Shown: positions 10,812-19,867, counted from the first letter of the stretch. The stretch: 64,000 bases of DNA from Candidatus Nanopelagicales bacterium (GCA_041393815.1 JAWKJK010000001.1:145058-209057); one strand, 5' to 3'. Numbers and translations are program-made. The notes: generated from the letters alone by a model not told the origin.

Positions 10812-11678
10812 CTAGGACGGCAGCTGCAGGATCTCCACGCTGACGCCCAGTTCCTCGCTGCGCTCGCCGTTGTAGATCCCCTTCAGCGGCGGCACGTCGC
10901 CGTAGTCCCGGCCGCGAGCGACCACCACGTGCCCGACGCCGACATAGCGGTCGTTGGTGGGGTCGTGCGCCTCCCACCCGCCGGTCCAGCACTCCACCCA
11001 GGCGTGGCTCTCCCCGTGGACGCTGCTGCCGACCGCCGGCTCCTCGGTGTGCAGGTAGCCGCTGACGTAGCGGGACGGGACCCCCACGGCGCGCAGCAGC
11101 GACAGGGTCGCGTGCGAGAAGTCCTGGCAGACGCCGTGCCCGGAGTTCCACGCCTCGTGCGCGGTGGTGGACACGGTCGTGACACCAGGGGTGTAGGTCA
11201 TCCGCTCGCGCACCACCGCGACGGCCGCGGCCACCGCGACGCGTGGGGTCGGCAGCGCCCGCAGCATCCGCACGGTCTCGACCCGGTCCGGGTCCGCGGC
11301 CGCGTCGTCGACGTAGCCGGTGGGGTCGAGGTACTCGCACCAGCGGTCCCGCACCGCCGGGTCCGCCAGGTCCTCCCAGGACGCCGACCCGGCGAGCACC
11401 GGTGCCCGGGTCACCTCCACCGTGCTCGTGGACACGACCTCGAGCACCCGGTGCTCCTCGTGCACGTCGAAGGCTTCGACGAAGGCCCCCCAGTAGTCCA
11501 CGTACGACGTCACCCCGGCGCTCGGGGTCACGTCCAGCCGGTGCGACAGCAGCACCTGGCCGTCCCCGTCGTTCGGGGTCATCCGGACCTCGTTGAACGA
11601 CGCGTGCACGGGGCCCGCGTAACGCAGCCCGGTGCGATGGGTGATGCGCAGCCGCCGGCCGTGCTCCTCGGCAGTCAT
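10812..11678 (-). CDS. Transglutaminase-like cysteine peptidase family protein
   Basis: N-terminal Bact_transglu_N-like region plus a core with catalytic-type GVCQDF, SHAWVE and DPTN. Confidence 0.9.
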   Translation of the reverse strand: MTAEEHGRRLRITHRTGLRYAGPVHASFNEVRMTPNDGDGQVLLSHRLDVTPSAGVTSYVDYWGAFVEAFDVHEEHRVLEVVSTSTVEVTRAPVLAGSASWEDLADPAVRDRWCEYLDPTGYVDDAAADPDRVETVRMLRALPTPRVAVAAAVAVVRERMTYTPGVTTVSTTAHEAWNSGHGVCQDFSHATLSLLRAVGVPSRYVSGYLHTEEPAVGSSVHGESHAWVECWTGGWEAHDPTNDRYVGVGHVVVARGRDYGDVPPLKGIYNGERSEELGVSVEILQLPS

Positions 11679-11679
11679 G

Positions 11680-12585
11680 TCAGTGGCTCCAGACGATCGT
11701 GCCGGCCTGCCGGAAGTACGCCTCGACCACCGCGTCGGACGCCCGGGTCGCCCCCGCCTGCGCGTCTCGGGCCAGCCGGTCCACCTCGGCCGGGGTCGGT
11801 GAGACGACGTACTCGACCCGGGATCGCAGCATGCCGACCTCGCGCAGCAGCATCCCGCCGTCGTCGACGCCCATCAGTTGCAGCGCCCGGACCGCGTCCT
11901 CGGCGTGCGCGGCGCAGCTGCGCACCGACCGGGGGTTCACCTCGTCGAGGAGCAGGAACGCGCGCACCTCGTCCCCGCTCATGGACAGCCCCGCGCGCAG
12001 GAACGCGTCGTGCATGCCCGCGGCCCGCAGGGTCGCCACCGGGCCGGTCTCGGGCCACAGCTGGTCGTGCCGGACGTTCATCAGCCGAACCGTCATGTCG
12101 ATGCGCTCCAGGGACCGGCCGAGGTCCATGAACAGGTAGCCCTCGTCGCGCGGCATGGTCCACTGCAGGACCCCGTTGACCACCAGCAGCCGTTCGATCA
12201 CCCGGTGCAGGGCGACCCCCGGGCTGGCCGCCAGCGCCAGTCCCCGCGACAGCGCCAGGTAGGCGCCGTTGAGGGCCTCGTAGACGTCGCTGGAGATGGT
12301 GTCCCGGATGGCCCGGGCGTTCTCCCGCGCGCCCGACACCGAACCGGAGATGGTCGCCGGCAGGTCCGGCGTGCCGACCAGCGCCCGCACCAGGCCGGCC
12401 GTCTCGACGGCATCGACCCGGGGCAGCGACAGCGCGTCCAGCAGGACGACGCAGGCGGTCTCCTCCGACTCCAGCCGCTCCTCGACCAGCAGTTGGTGGT
12501 GCTCGGACAGCATCCGGGCGGTGGCCTCGGCGCGCTCCAGGTAGCGCCCCATCCAGAAGTACGACTCGGCGATGCGGCTCAGCAC
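11680..12585 (-). CDS. Alpha-E domain-containing protein
   Basis: Typical start MLSRIAESYFWMGRYLERAE. 1-nt gap to the transglutaminase gene and 7-nt overlap with the upstream ATP-grasp gene. Confidence 0.85.
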   Translation of the reverse strand: MLSRIAESYFWMGRYLERAEATARMLSEHHQLLVEERLESEETACVVLLDALSLPRVDAVETAGLVRALVGTPDLPATISGSVSGARENARAIRDTISSDVYEALNGAYLALSRGLALAASPGVALHRVIERLLVVNGVLQWTMPRDEGYLFMDLGRSLERIDMTVRLMNVRHDQLWPETGPVATLRAAGMHDAFLRAGLSMSGDEVRAFLLLDEVNPRSVRSCAAHAEDAVRALQLMGVDDGGMLLREVGMLRSRVEYVVSPTPAEVDRLARDAQAGATRASDAVVEAYFRQAGTIVWSH

Positions 12586-14162
12586 GGCGACCCACCGGCC
12601 TGCTGCTGCTGGGCCTCCTGCTGGCGCAGCCGCTCGTCGTGCGTCTTCGGGGCGTCCGCGCGGCTCGGCAGCGGGGTGATCCGGCGGCGAGCGCGCGTGC
12701 GGCGCGGCTCAGGCCGCTGGGTCGGGCCGCTGCCGTCCTCCAGCACCCAGGTGTCCTTGGAGCCGCCGCCCTGGCTGGAGTTGACGACCATGCTGCCCTC
12801 GGGCAGGGCCACCCGGGTCAGGCCTCCGGGCAGCACGTAGACCTGACGGCCGTCGTTGACCGCGAAGGGACGCAGGTCGACGTGCCGCGGGGCCAGCGAA
12901 CCGTCCTCCACCACCGTCGGCGACGTGGACAGGGTCACGATCGGCTGGGCGATCCAGCCGCGCGGGTCGCGGCGGATCACCGACGCGACCTCCGCCAGCT
13001 GGCCGTCGCTGGCCCGGTCCCCCATCACCAGGCCGTAGCCGCCGGACCCGTCGACCGGCTTGATGACCATGCGGTCCAGCCGCTCCACGACCCACTCGAG
13101 CACGTCCGGCTGCTGAAGGTCGTACGTCTCGACGTTGGGCAGCAGCGGCTCCTCGCCGAGGTAGAACCGGATCAGCGCGGGGACGTACGGGTAGATGGCC
13201 TTGTCGTCCGCGACGCCGTTGCCCACGGCGTTGGCGATGGTCACGTTGCCCGCGCGCGCCGCGTTGACCAGGCCCGGCACGCCCAGCACCGAGTCGGGCC
13301 GGAACTGCACCGGGTCGAGGAAGTCGTCGTCGATGCGCCGGTAGAGCACGTGCACCGGTCGGGGACCCTGCGTGGTCCGCATCCAGACCAGGTTGTCCCG
13401 GCAGTACAGGTCGCGGCCCTCGACCAGCTCGATACCCATGCGGCGGGCCAGGAACGCGTGCTCGAAGTGCGCGCTGTTGTGCACGCCCGGGGTGAGGACC
13501 GCGACCACCGGGTCCATGACGTGGGCCGGGGCGGCCGCGCGCAGCGCGTCCAGCAGCCGCTCGGGGTACTCCGCCACCGGCCGGACCCGGTGCCCGGAGA
13601 ACACCTCCGGCAGCACGTGTGCGAGCGCCCGCCGGTTCTCCAGCACGTAGGACACGCCGGACGGGTTGCGCAGGTTGTCCTCCAGGACGCGGAACACCCC
13701 CTCCGCGTCGCGGACCAGGTCGACGCCGGCGACGTGGATCCGGACGCCGTTCGGCGGCTGGAGGCCCCACGCCTGCCGGTGGTAGTGCGTCGAGCTGACC
13801 ACCAGGTGCCGCGGGATGATCCCGTCGGCGAGCACGTCGCCGACGCCGTAGATGTCCTCCAGGAACATCTCCAGCGCCCGGATCCGCTGCGCGACGCCGG
13901 CCTCGAGGTGGCGCCAGTCCTCCGCCCCGATGACCCGGGGGACCAGGTCCATCGGCAGCGGCCGCTCCCGGCCGGACAGCGAGAAGGTGATGCCCTGGCG
14001 GTCCAGGTACGCATCGCGCAGCCGGGCCCGCTCCTCCAGACCCTCGGGTCCGAGCCGGGACAGCACCCGGTGCACCCGCCCGGGCGCCGACCGCGCGTCG
14101 GCTGCGGGCATCTCGTCGTACGGCTCCGCGCCGACCCGCCGCAGCCCGGGGGTCGCCGTCAT
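12579..14162 (-). CDS. Circularly permuted type-2 ATP-grasp protein
   Basis: Track ORF 12579..14990 trimmed to ATG at 14162 (MTATPGLRRVG...). The body matches the family found with alpha-E/transglutaminase partners (LVPRVI...WRHLEAGVAQRIRALEMFLEDIY...VHVLYRRIDDDFLDP...KPVDGSGGYG). Confidence 0.85.
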   Translation of the reverse strand: MTATPGLRRVGAEPYDEMPAADARSAPGRVHRVLSRLGPEGLEERARLRDAYLDRQGITFSLSGRERPLPMDLVPRVIGAEDWRHLEAGVAQRIRALEMFLEDIYGVGDVLADGIIPRHLVVSSTHYHRQAWGLQPPNGVRIHVAGVDLVRDAEGVFRVLEDNLRNPSGVSYVLENRRALAHVLPEVFSGHRVRPVAEYPERLLDALRAAAPAHVMDPVVAVLTPGVHNSAHFEHAFLARRMGIELVEGRDLYCRDNLVWMRTTQGPRPVHVLYRRIDDDFLDPVQFRPDSVLGVPGLVNAARAGNVTIANAVGNGVADDKAIYPYVPALIRFYLGEEPLLPNVETYDLQQPDVLEWVVERLDRMVIKPVDGSGGYGLVMGDRASDGQLAEVASVIRRDPRGWIAQPIVTLSTSPTVVEDGSLAPRHVDLRPFAVNDGRQVYVLPGGLTRVALPEGSMVVNSSQGGGSKDTWVLEDGSGPTQRPEPRRTRARRRITPLPSRADAPKTHDERLRQQEAQQQQAGGSPC

Positions 14163-14201
14163 GCGGACAGGATCTACCAGATCGGCGCGCCTCGGGTGAC
14201 G

Positions 14202-14567
14202 ATGGGGGGCATGAGCACAGGTGGAGACGACATCGAGCGCCTGCTGCGCGAGGTCGACGCGCTGAACGCGGGCGGGGCCCCTGCCGGGGGCTCCGCGGGC
14301 AAGGAGGTCGCGTCCCGCGGGTCGACGCCGCAGCCGAAGGGCCGCAAGGGCAAGGAGGTGGAGGAGTCCGGCGGGAGCGCGGGCGGCCGGGTCGCCTTCG
14401 CACTGCTGGCGGCGGTCGTCGTCGGAGTCATCGGCGCGTTCGTCGGCATGTTCCTCGGGCCGATCCCGCTGCTGGCCACCGGGTTCTGGGCGACCGGCCT
14501 CGGTGCCGCGTTCGGCGCGTTCCTGACGGCCCTGGTGGCGGGCCCGCCGCGCTGGTTCGACTCGTAG
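14202..14567 (+). CDS. Small hypothetical membrane protein
   Basis: This is the 3-prime end of an otherwise antisense 642-aa track ORF. From MGGMSTGGDDIERLLREVDAL it has a charged N-terminus and two hydrophobic helices (VAFALLAAVVVGVIGAFVGMFLGPIPLLATGFWATGLGAAFGAFL). Start could be 14202 or 14211. Confidence 0.5.
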   Translation: MGGMSTGGDDIERLLREVDALNAGGAPAGGSAGKEVASRGSTPQPKGRKGKEVEESGGSAGGRVAFALLAAVVVGVIGAFVGMFLGPIPLLATGFWATGLGAAFGAFLTALVAGPPRWFDS

Positions 14568-14571
14568 CAGT

Positions 14572-14592
14572 TCCCGCCGCCGCGGGGCGGGA
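14572..14592 (+). terminator. Short GC hairpin 4 nt after the stop of the small membrane protein
   Basis: tcccgcc-gccgcgg-ggcggga (7-bp stem, 7-nt loop). No U-tract. Confidence 0.3.
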
Positions 14593-14834
14593 GCGGACGG
14601 GCGGCAGGGGGCGGGCCCGCAGCCGACCAGGGGAGGGAGGTCGGCCGGCCGCGGGCCCGATGGCCGGTCCCCACCCCCGTGGGAGACCGGCACCGTCGAT
14701 GTGCCCGGGTGCTCGACGGCCAAACCGGGACCTGTGGTCCGGGCCATGTCGGTTCCGTCACAGACGCCCGGTCGTCCGCCACCCCGGGATTCGGAGCGCG
14801 ACCGCGCCGGCTGATAACCTCCCGCTCGTCCCTG

Positions 14835-14909
14835 GCCCCCGTAGCTCAGGGGATAGAGCAGTGGCCTCCGGAGCCATGCGCGCAGGTTCGAATCCTGCCG
14901 GGGGCACCA
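14835..14909 (+). tRNA. tRNA-Arg (anticodon CCG), CCA encoded
   Basis: Hand-folded cloverleaf:
- Acceptor: GCCCCCG/CGGGGGC.
- D arm: GCTC-AGGGGATA-GAGC.
- Anticodon arm: GTGGC-CTCCGGA-GCCAT (anticodon CCG).
- T arm: GCAGG-TTCGAAT-CCTGC.
- Discriminator A followed by CCA.
The antisense translation QDSNLRAWLRRPLLYPLSYGG in track ORF 12579..14990 is the usual tRNA artefact. Confidence 0.9.
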
Positions 14910-14925
14910 GATCCGGGAGGGTGCC

Positions 14926-15396
14926 GTGCTCCGCGCGGACATGGTGCAGGCGTATGTCATCGACCTGCTCAAACGGCTCACCGGGAGCACCGTCAGTCCG
15001 GACGCGGACGGCGACCTGCCGGTGCACTACCAGGGCGGCGCGTTCTTCGTCCGCGTCGTCGGCAACGACGGCAACCCGCTGGTCCAGGTCTTCGCCGTCG
15101 CCGTCGCCGGGCTCGCTCCCAGCCCGGGGCTGTATGAGGCGCTCAACGGCATCAACACCCAGCTGCAGTTCGCCCGGGCGTTCCACGTCCAGGAGCAGGT
15201 GCTCATCGAGTCGGAGATGTTCGGTGCGGACGTGAACCCGGCCAACTTCGAGCACGCCTGCCGCTACGTCGCCGGGGCCACCGACGCCTTCGGCAAGCGG
15301 CTGGTCGAGTCGTTCGGCGGGCGGCCGTTCTTCGAGGAGCGCAAGACCGAGGCGTACGACGAGCACTACCCGCGGGGCCTCGGCGGCTACCTCTGA
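14926..15396 (+). CDS. YbjN-domain (T3SS-chaperone-like) protein
   Basis: 156 aa with GGGAGG 5 nt upstream of the GTG. The pattern LLKRL...PDADGDLPV...GGAFFVRVV...PLVQVFAV...LYEALNGINTQLQFARAF is typical of the YbjN / putative sensory transduction regulator family. Confidence 0.7.
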   Translation: MLRADMVQAYVIDLLKRLTGSTVSPDADGDLPVHYQGGAFFVRVVGNDGNPLVQVFAVAVAGLAPSPGLYEALNGINTQLQFARAFHVQEQVLIESEMFGADVNPANFEHACRYVAGATDAFGKRLVESFGGRPFFEERKTEAYDEHYPRGLGGYL

Positions 15397-15399
15397 CAC

Positions 15400-16182
15400 T
15401 CAGCCGGTCGACTCGGCGTCGCCGCCGGCCCCCTCGTGGCCGTCCACGGTGTCGGTCGTGGGCCGGCGCAGCCGGCGCGACGGGTCCGCGGCCAGCTCCT
15501 CGACCTTGGCCCAGACGCGGGAGCGGACCTCGCCCATGTTCATCTCGCCCAGGTGGGTGACCCGGCCGATGATGAGATCGTCGATGGGCAGGTCCGGGTA
15601 GGCGAGCAGGTGCTGGCGGTACTCCTGCTCGTTCGCGATCAGCACGTTGGAGACCCCGGGCACGTCGATGTGCGCCTCGACGTACGGGCTGATGACGATC
15701 TCGTGCGTGGAGTAGATGTTCGTGACGCGGTCGGCGACCGGCGGCAGCTCGTCGTGCAGGCGAGTGAGGAACTCCGACCCGGCCGCCATGTCGGTGAGGG
15801 CCGGAGTGAGGTCGCGCCCGGTCCAGCGCAGCAGCCGGGTCACGCGAGACGCGCTGCGCGAGCCGTGCCAGGGCGCGCCGACCGAGAAGACGTACAGCAC
15901 CTGGTCGGGGTGGTCGATCAGGTAGCGCAGGCAGGCCAGCGCGCCCTGCGAGTGGCCGACCAGCACCAGCGGCGCGTCCGGCCTGCGCCCCTGCGCGAGC
16001 AGGCCCTTGCGGATGTCGCGGGCGAGGTGCTCCTGGGACGAGTGCAGCGGGAGCGTGACGCCGAAGCTGGCCAGGGTCACCAGGAAGGCATTGGGGTGCC
16101 GCTCGAGGACGCCCCGCATCATCGCGTTCGCGGCGACGCCCTTGATGGCGGTGCCCGCGACGATGGGGACGGCGATCGGCAT
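15400..16182 (-). CDS. Esterase/lipase family alpha/beta hydrolase
   Basis: Nucleophile elbow GHSQGAL in a lipase class 2 / PGAP1-like context. Confidence 0.8.
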   Translation of the reverse strand: MPIAVPIVAGTAIKGVAANAMMRGVLERHPNAFLVTLASFGVTLPLHSSQEHLARDIRKGLLAQGRRPDAPLVLVGHSQGALACLRYLIDHPDQVLYVFSVGAPWHGSRSASRVTRLLRWTGRDLTPALTDMAAGSEFLTRLHDELPPVADRVTNIYSTHEIVISPYVEAHIDVPGVSNVLIANEQEYRQHLLAYPDLPIDDLIIGRVTHLGEMNMGEVRSRVWAKVEELAADPSRRLRRPTTDTVDGHEGAGGDAESTG

Positions 16183-16184
16183 GC

Positions 16185-17246
16185 TCAGTCCCGCCCTTCC
16201 GGCCCTGCGGAGCCTCGCTCCACGGCACCGTACGAAGGGCCCGAGCCGTAGAGGCCAACGTCATGGCCCCCGTCAGGCCCCGGCGCGTCCAGCGTGAGGT
16301 GCACCACGCCGCGCCACGACTCCCCCGGCGCGAGCGTCCGCCAGCCCAGGTCCCGTCCCGGCCGCTGCAGGTGCACCGCGTCGGTGGGGCAGGTGTAGGG
16401 CTCCACCGCGACCGACTCCCGGTTCGGTGGCGTGAACACGACGATCTCGCGGAAGGAGGCATCGCCGCGCAGCGCCAGCCGCAGTCCGTCACCGAGCACG
16501 GCGGCGCGCTCCATCAGGCCGTCCGGGCCGGGCGCGAACGCGGGCAGCCCGGTGAGCACCTCGTCGAGGGACCGGTCCCCCAGCGCGGGGGCGGATCTCA
16601 GGTCGGTCCGGTCGTCCACCGGGGCGAGCTCGCCGGTCGGGATGCCGTCCGCGAGCAGCCAGCGCTCGTCGGCACCGCACCAGACCCGGGTCCGCTCCAC
16701 CGCCCCGGCAAGCGGGCGCAGGTACGCGTGGAGGCCGAGGCCGAAGGGCGCCGGCTCGTCCCCTCGGTTGGCCACCTCGGCGACGATCGCCAGCGCCCGG
16801 TCCGAGAGCGCGTACGTCAGCGTGAGCTCCAGGGCACCCGGCCAGACCTGGGCGGGGTCGGCGGTGTCCCGGTCGAGCGCGAACCGGCCGGTGACCGAGC
16901 CCGGGCCGGTGCGCTCGTACCGGCTCCAGGCGGCGCGGCAGGCGTAGCCGTGGATCGCGTTCGGGTCGCCCGGGTGCGTGCGCGGCAGGTCCCATCGGCG
17001 GCCGCCCGCGTCGAAGGACGCTCCGGCGATCCGGTTCGGGAACGGGAACAGCACGGGGATCCCGCTGCGCGTCGGGCTCCCGCCGCGCAGCGCGTCCGGC
17101 TCCGCGTGCACGACGTCCACCGGATCCCTGCCGTCCACCGGCACCAGCGCCAGCCGGACGCAGTTGAACCCGAGGGCCGGGCTGACGTCGGCGAGCGCGC
17201 CGCCGGGGCTGACGAGCCGGACCGGCTCGCCGAGTCCGGCGCTCAC
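16185..17246 (-). CDS. Aldose 1-epimerase family protein
   Basis: Track ORF trimmed to the GTG at 17246, which overlaps the upstream stop as GTGA. Motifs GIPVLFPFPNRI, NAIHGY and FGLGLHAYL. Confidence 0.8.
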   Translation of the reverse strand: MSAGLGEPVRLVSPGGALADVSPALGFNCVRLALVPVDGRDPVDVVHAEPDALRGGSPTRSGIPVLFPFPNRIAGASFDAGGRRWDLPRTHPGDPNAIHGYACRAAWSRYERTGPGSVTGRFALDRDTADPAQVWPGALELTLTYALSDRALAIVAEVANRGDEPAPFGLGLHAYLRPLAGAVERTRVWCGADERWLLADGIPTGELAPVDDRTDLRSAPALGDRSLDEVLTGLPAFAPGPDGLMERAAVLGDGLRLALRGDASFREIVVFTPPNRESVAVEPYTCPTDAVHLQRPGRDLGWRTLAPGESWRGVVHLTLDAPGPDGGHDVGLYGSGPSYGAVERGSAGPEGRD

Positions 17247-17605
17247 CCCTCCCGCAGCCAGTCGGCCGCGGACACCCGCCGGACGCGGTAGCCGTACTGC
17301 TTCAGGCCGGTGACCAGGGTGGCCGCCGCGGACGGGTCGGTGGTGTGCACGACGACGACGCCGATCGGGTACGGGGCGCCCGTGGCGGCGCACTGGGACA
17401 GGTAGTCCAGCACCGGGATGGTCGAGTCGGGGGCCCCGTCGACCCCGGCGCCCAGGTCGTCGTCGAGCCACAGCTCGTCGAGGAACAGGTCCTCGGTGTG
17501 CAGCTCGGCGAGCACGTCCAGCGCCTCCTGGGAGGTGTGGGCGCGACGGTGCGCGTAGCCGTCGTCGGTGAACGTGCGGGTGTCGTCGACCAGCAGCCGC
17601 TGCAT
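17243..17605 (-). CDS. Stand-alone receiver-fold protein resembling the cyclic-phosphate-processing receiver (cREC) family
   Basis: 120 aa. LLVDDTRTF ... EALDVL ... LWLDDDLG ... IPVLDYL ... VVVVHTTDPSAA matches my memory of the cREC pattern (LDD.R ... SLDHDLG ... VHS.NP). There is no output domain. Confidence 0.6.
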   Translation of the reverse strand: MQRLLVDDTRTFTDDGYAHRRAHTSQEALDVLAELHTEDLFLDELWLDDDLGAGVDGAPDSTIPVLDYLSQCAATGAPYPIGVVVVHTTDPSAAATLVTGLKQYGYRVRRVSAADWLREG

Positions 17606-17609
17606 GGGG

Positions 17610-18140
17610 TCAGCCTGCCATCGCTGCCAGGGCCGCCGCGGCGAGTTCGCCGGGGTCGCGGCCCTCGACGTCGAGGACGACGTCGGCGGCCGCGGCCAGG
17701 ACGTCCGCCCGGGCCCGCACCTGCGCCGCGAGGAGCTCCGCCCGGGCCCCCGGATCCAAGGGCAGCAGCGGTCTCCGCGGGCCGGTGGTGGTCCTGCGGG
17801 CCAGGGTCGACGGCGTCGCGCGCAGCCAGACGACCACGCCGGCCCGCCTCAGCCGCTCGGGCAGGTCGCGGTCGTCCGCGGCGCTGGCGGGCAGCGTCGC
17901 CACGCAGGGCTCGGGCGCCGACAGGATCAGGTCGACGACCCGCGCCTCGGCGCGGTGCAGGGCCTCCACGCCCTGCTCGCGCTCCAGTTCCGCCGCGTCG
18001 CCGCCGGCCTCGGCCCGCAGCAGGACGTCGTTGTCGAGCAGCGACCATCCGGTCCGTTCCGCGACCGCGACCCCCACCGACGACTTGCCCGACCCCATCA
18101 GGCCCACGAGGAGCAGCCGGCGGGGGCGGGCGGGCGTCAT
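17610..18140 (-). CDS. Shikimate-kinase-like P-loop kinase (divergent)
   Basis: Trimmed to the ATG at 18140, which overlaps the SulP stop as ATGA. Walker A LLLVGLMGSGKSSVG, DND and a lid RRPLL are present. The GGG shikimate-binding motif position reads LPASA. Confidence 0.7.
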   Translation of the reverse strand: MTPARPRRLLLVGLMGSGKSSVGVAVAERTGWSLLDNDVLLRAEAGGDAAELEREQGVEALHRAEARVVDLILSAPEPCVATLPASAADDRDLPERLRRAGVVVWLRATPSTLARRTTTGPRRPLLPLDPGARAELLAAQVRARADVLAAAADVVLDVEGRDPGELAAAALAAMAG

Positions 18141-19867
18141 GAGGGGACGTCCTCCGCGTCCTCGTCCGGCACGCCAGTCAGGCGGCAGGCCGCGGCCACC
18201 GCCTGGCTGATGCTGTGCCAGATCCGGTCCGGACCGAGCAGCCCCACGAACCCGGCCTTCTCCATCACCAGCTCGGCCCGGCTGAGGACACGGGCGAGCA
18301 CGAGTTCGACCTCCATCCCGCGCAGCTCGACCAGGAGCGTGTGCAGGACGTCCACCGCGGTGGTGTCGAGCTGCCCCGTGGCTTCGAGGTCGAGCACGAC
18401 CGCGCGGGTGCCCGGCGCCCCGTCCAGCTCGGCCAGGATCAGCCCGTGGGCGTCCTCGCAGTTCACCCAGAACAGCGGGGCATCCAGCCGCAGCACCAGG
18501 ATGCCCGGGACCGGACGTCGCTCCGGGTGCCCCCGCAGCGACCCCCACCCGGCCCGCTCGTGCGGGATCCGGCCCAGCGGGTCGACGCGCACCTTGCTGG
18601 ACCGGTACACCAGGCCCAGCAACGAGATCCCGACCGCGGCGAGCAGGCCGTACAGCGGGCCGAGCAGGACCACGCCCAGCAGCCCCGTCCACGCCCCGAC
18701 GTAGTCGTTACGCCGCACCTTCCGATAGCGGGTCATCGTCCGCGGCGCGATCAGGAACCACACGCTCATCACGACCACGGCGGACAGCACGACCCGGGGT
18801 AGGTCGGCGAGCAGGTCGGTGAAGGCGACCAGGACCACCAGCACCGCGACCATGGCCGCGAGGGCCGAGATCTGGCTGCGGGCGCCCGCCGACACGGCGG
18901 ATGCCGTCCTGCTGAGGCTGCCGCACACGGACAGTCCGCCCGAGAAGCCGGCGGCGACGTTGGCCGCGCCCACCCCGACGAACTCCTGGTCGGCGCTGAT
19001 CCGGTATCCGCCGCGCGCCGCGAACAGCCGGGCAGCCGACAGGCCCTCCCCCACGGCGACGAGGGCCAGGGCCACCCCGCCGAGCGCGATCGTCGGCAGG
19101 TCGGAGGGGTCGACCTGGGGCACGCCCAGCGGCGGGAGTCCCTGCGGCACCGGCCCGATGACCTCGACGTCGTGCGACTGCAGGTCGAGCACCGGCGCCA
19201 GCGCGATGCCCGCCACCATCAGCGTGAGCGCCCACGGCCAGCGCGGCGCCAGCCGGTGGCCGGCGATGAGGACGGCCAGACAGAACAGCCCGATCCCGAG
19301 CGTTACCGGGTTCGTCTCGCCGAGCTGCTGCACCGTGGCCCACAGGCGCGGCACGAACTGGTTCGGCTCCTTGGGCAGGCCCAGGATGTGCGGCAGCTCG
19401 CCCACGATCACGGTGAGCGCGAGGCCGAAGGTGAAGCCGGTGATGACCGGCTTGGACATGAAGTCGGTGATCCACCCCAGGCGGACCGTGCCCGCCAGCA
19501 TCAGGATCAGCCCGCACGCCAGCGCCAGCGCCGCGGACAACGCCGCCGCCTCGGCGGGGCTGCCGGACCCGACCAGGCCGAACACCACCGATCCGGACAT
19601 CAGCGCGACGGTCGAGGACGGGCCCACCGACAGCTGCCGGGAGGAGCCGAAGATGGCGTACGCCAGCAGCGCACCGGGCAGGGCATAGAGGCCGACCTGC
19701 ACCGGGGCGTCCGCCACCCCCGCATAGCCCAACGCGATCGGGATGGCCACCGAGGCCACCACGAGGCCGGCCAGCAGGTCCTTGGGAAGCCACGACCACT
19801 GGTAGCGGGGCAGCCAGCGCACGATCGGCACGTAGCGGCCGAGCCCGACCCCCGACAGCACGGTCAT
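18137..19867 (-). CDS. SulP family inorganic anion transporter with C-terminal STAS domain
   Basis: 576 aa. Start of the SulP core WLPKDLLAGLVVASVAIPIALGYA, with a STAS region ILVLRLDAPLFWVN...VVLDLEATGQLDTTAV. Confidence 0.9.
   Translation of the reverse strand: MTVLSGVGLGRYVPIVRWLPRYQWSWLPKDLLAGLVVASVAIPIALGYAGVADAPVQVGLYALPGALLAYAIFGSSRQLSVGPSSTVALMSGSVVFGLVGSGSPAEAAALSAALALACGLILMLAGTVRLGWITDFMSKPVITGFTFGLALTVIVGELPHILGLPKEPNQFVPRLWATVQQLGETNPVTLGIGLFCLAVLIAGHRLAPRWPWALTLMVAGIALAPVLDLQSHDVEVIGPVPQGLPPLGVPQVDPSDLPTIALGGVALALVAVGEGLSAARLFAARGGYRISADQEFVGVGAANVAAGFSGGLSVCGSLSRTASAVSAGARSQISALAAMVAVLVVLVAFTDLLADLPRVVLSAVVVMSVWFLIAPRTMTRYRKVRRNDYVGAWTGLLGVVLLGPLYGLLAAVGISLLGLVYRSSKVRVDPLGRIPHERAGWGSLRGHPERRPVPGILVLRLDAPLFWVNCEDAHGLILAELDGAPGTRAVVLDLEATGQLDTTAVDVLHTLLVELRGMEVELVLARVLSRAELVMEKAGFVGLLGPDRIWHSISQAVAAACRLTGVPDEDAEDVPS

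Noticed and set aside
14835-14909. tRNA-Arg as an integration site for a genomic island
   Set aside because: There is no integrase, recombinase or phage gene on either side, and I saw no second copy of the tRNA 3-prime end within the window. The flanking genes look like ordinary chromosomal genes.
12579-14990. 803-aa track ORF extending the ATP-grasp gene about 830 nt upstream
   Set aside because: The extension is Arg/Pro/Gly-rich and reads antisense straight through the tRNA-Arg gene, producing the classic artefact peptide QDSNLRAWLRRPLLYPLSYGG. The family-typical sequence begins at the ATG at 14162.
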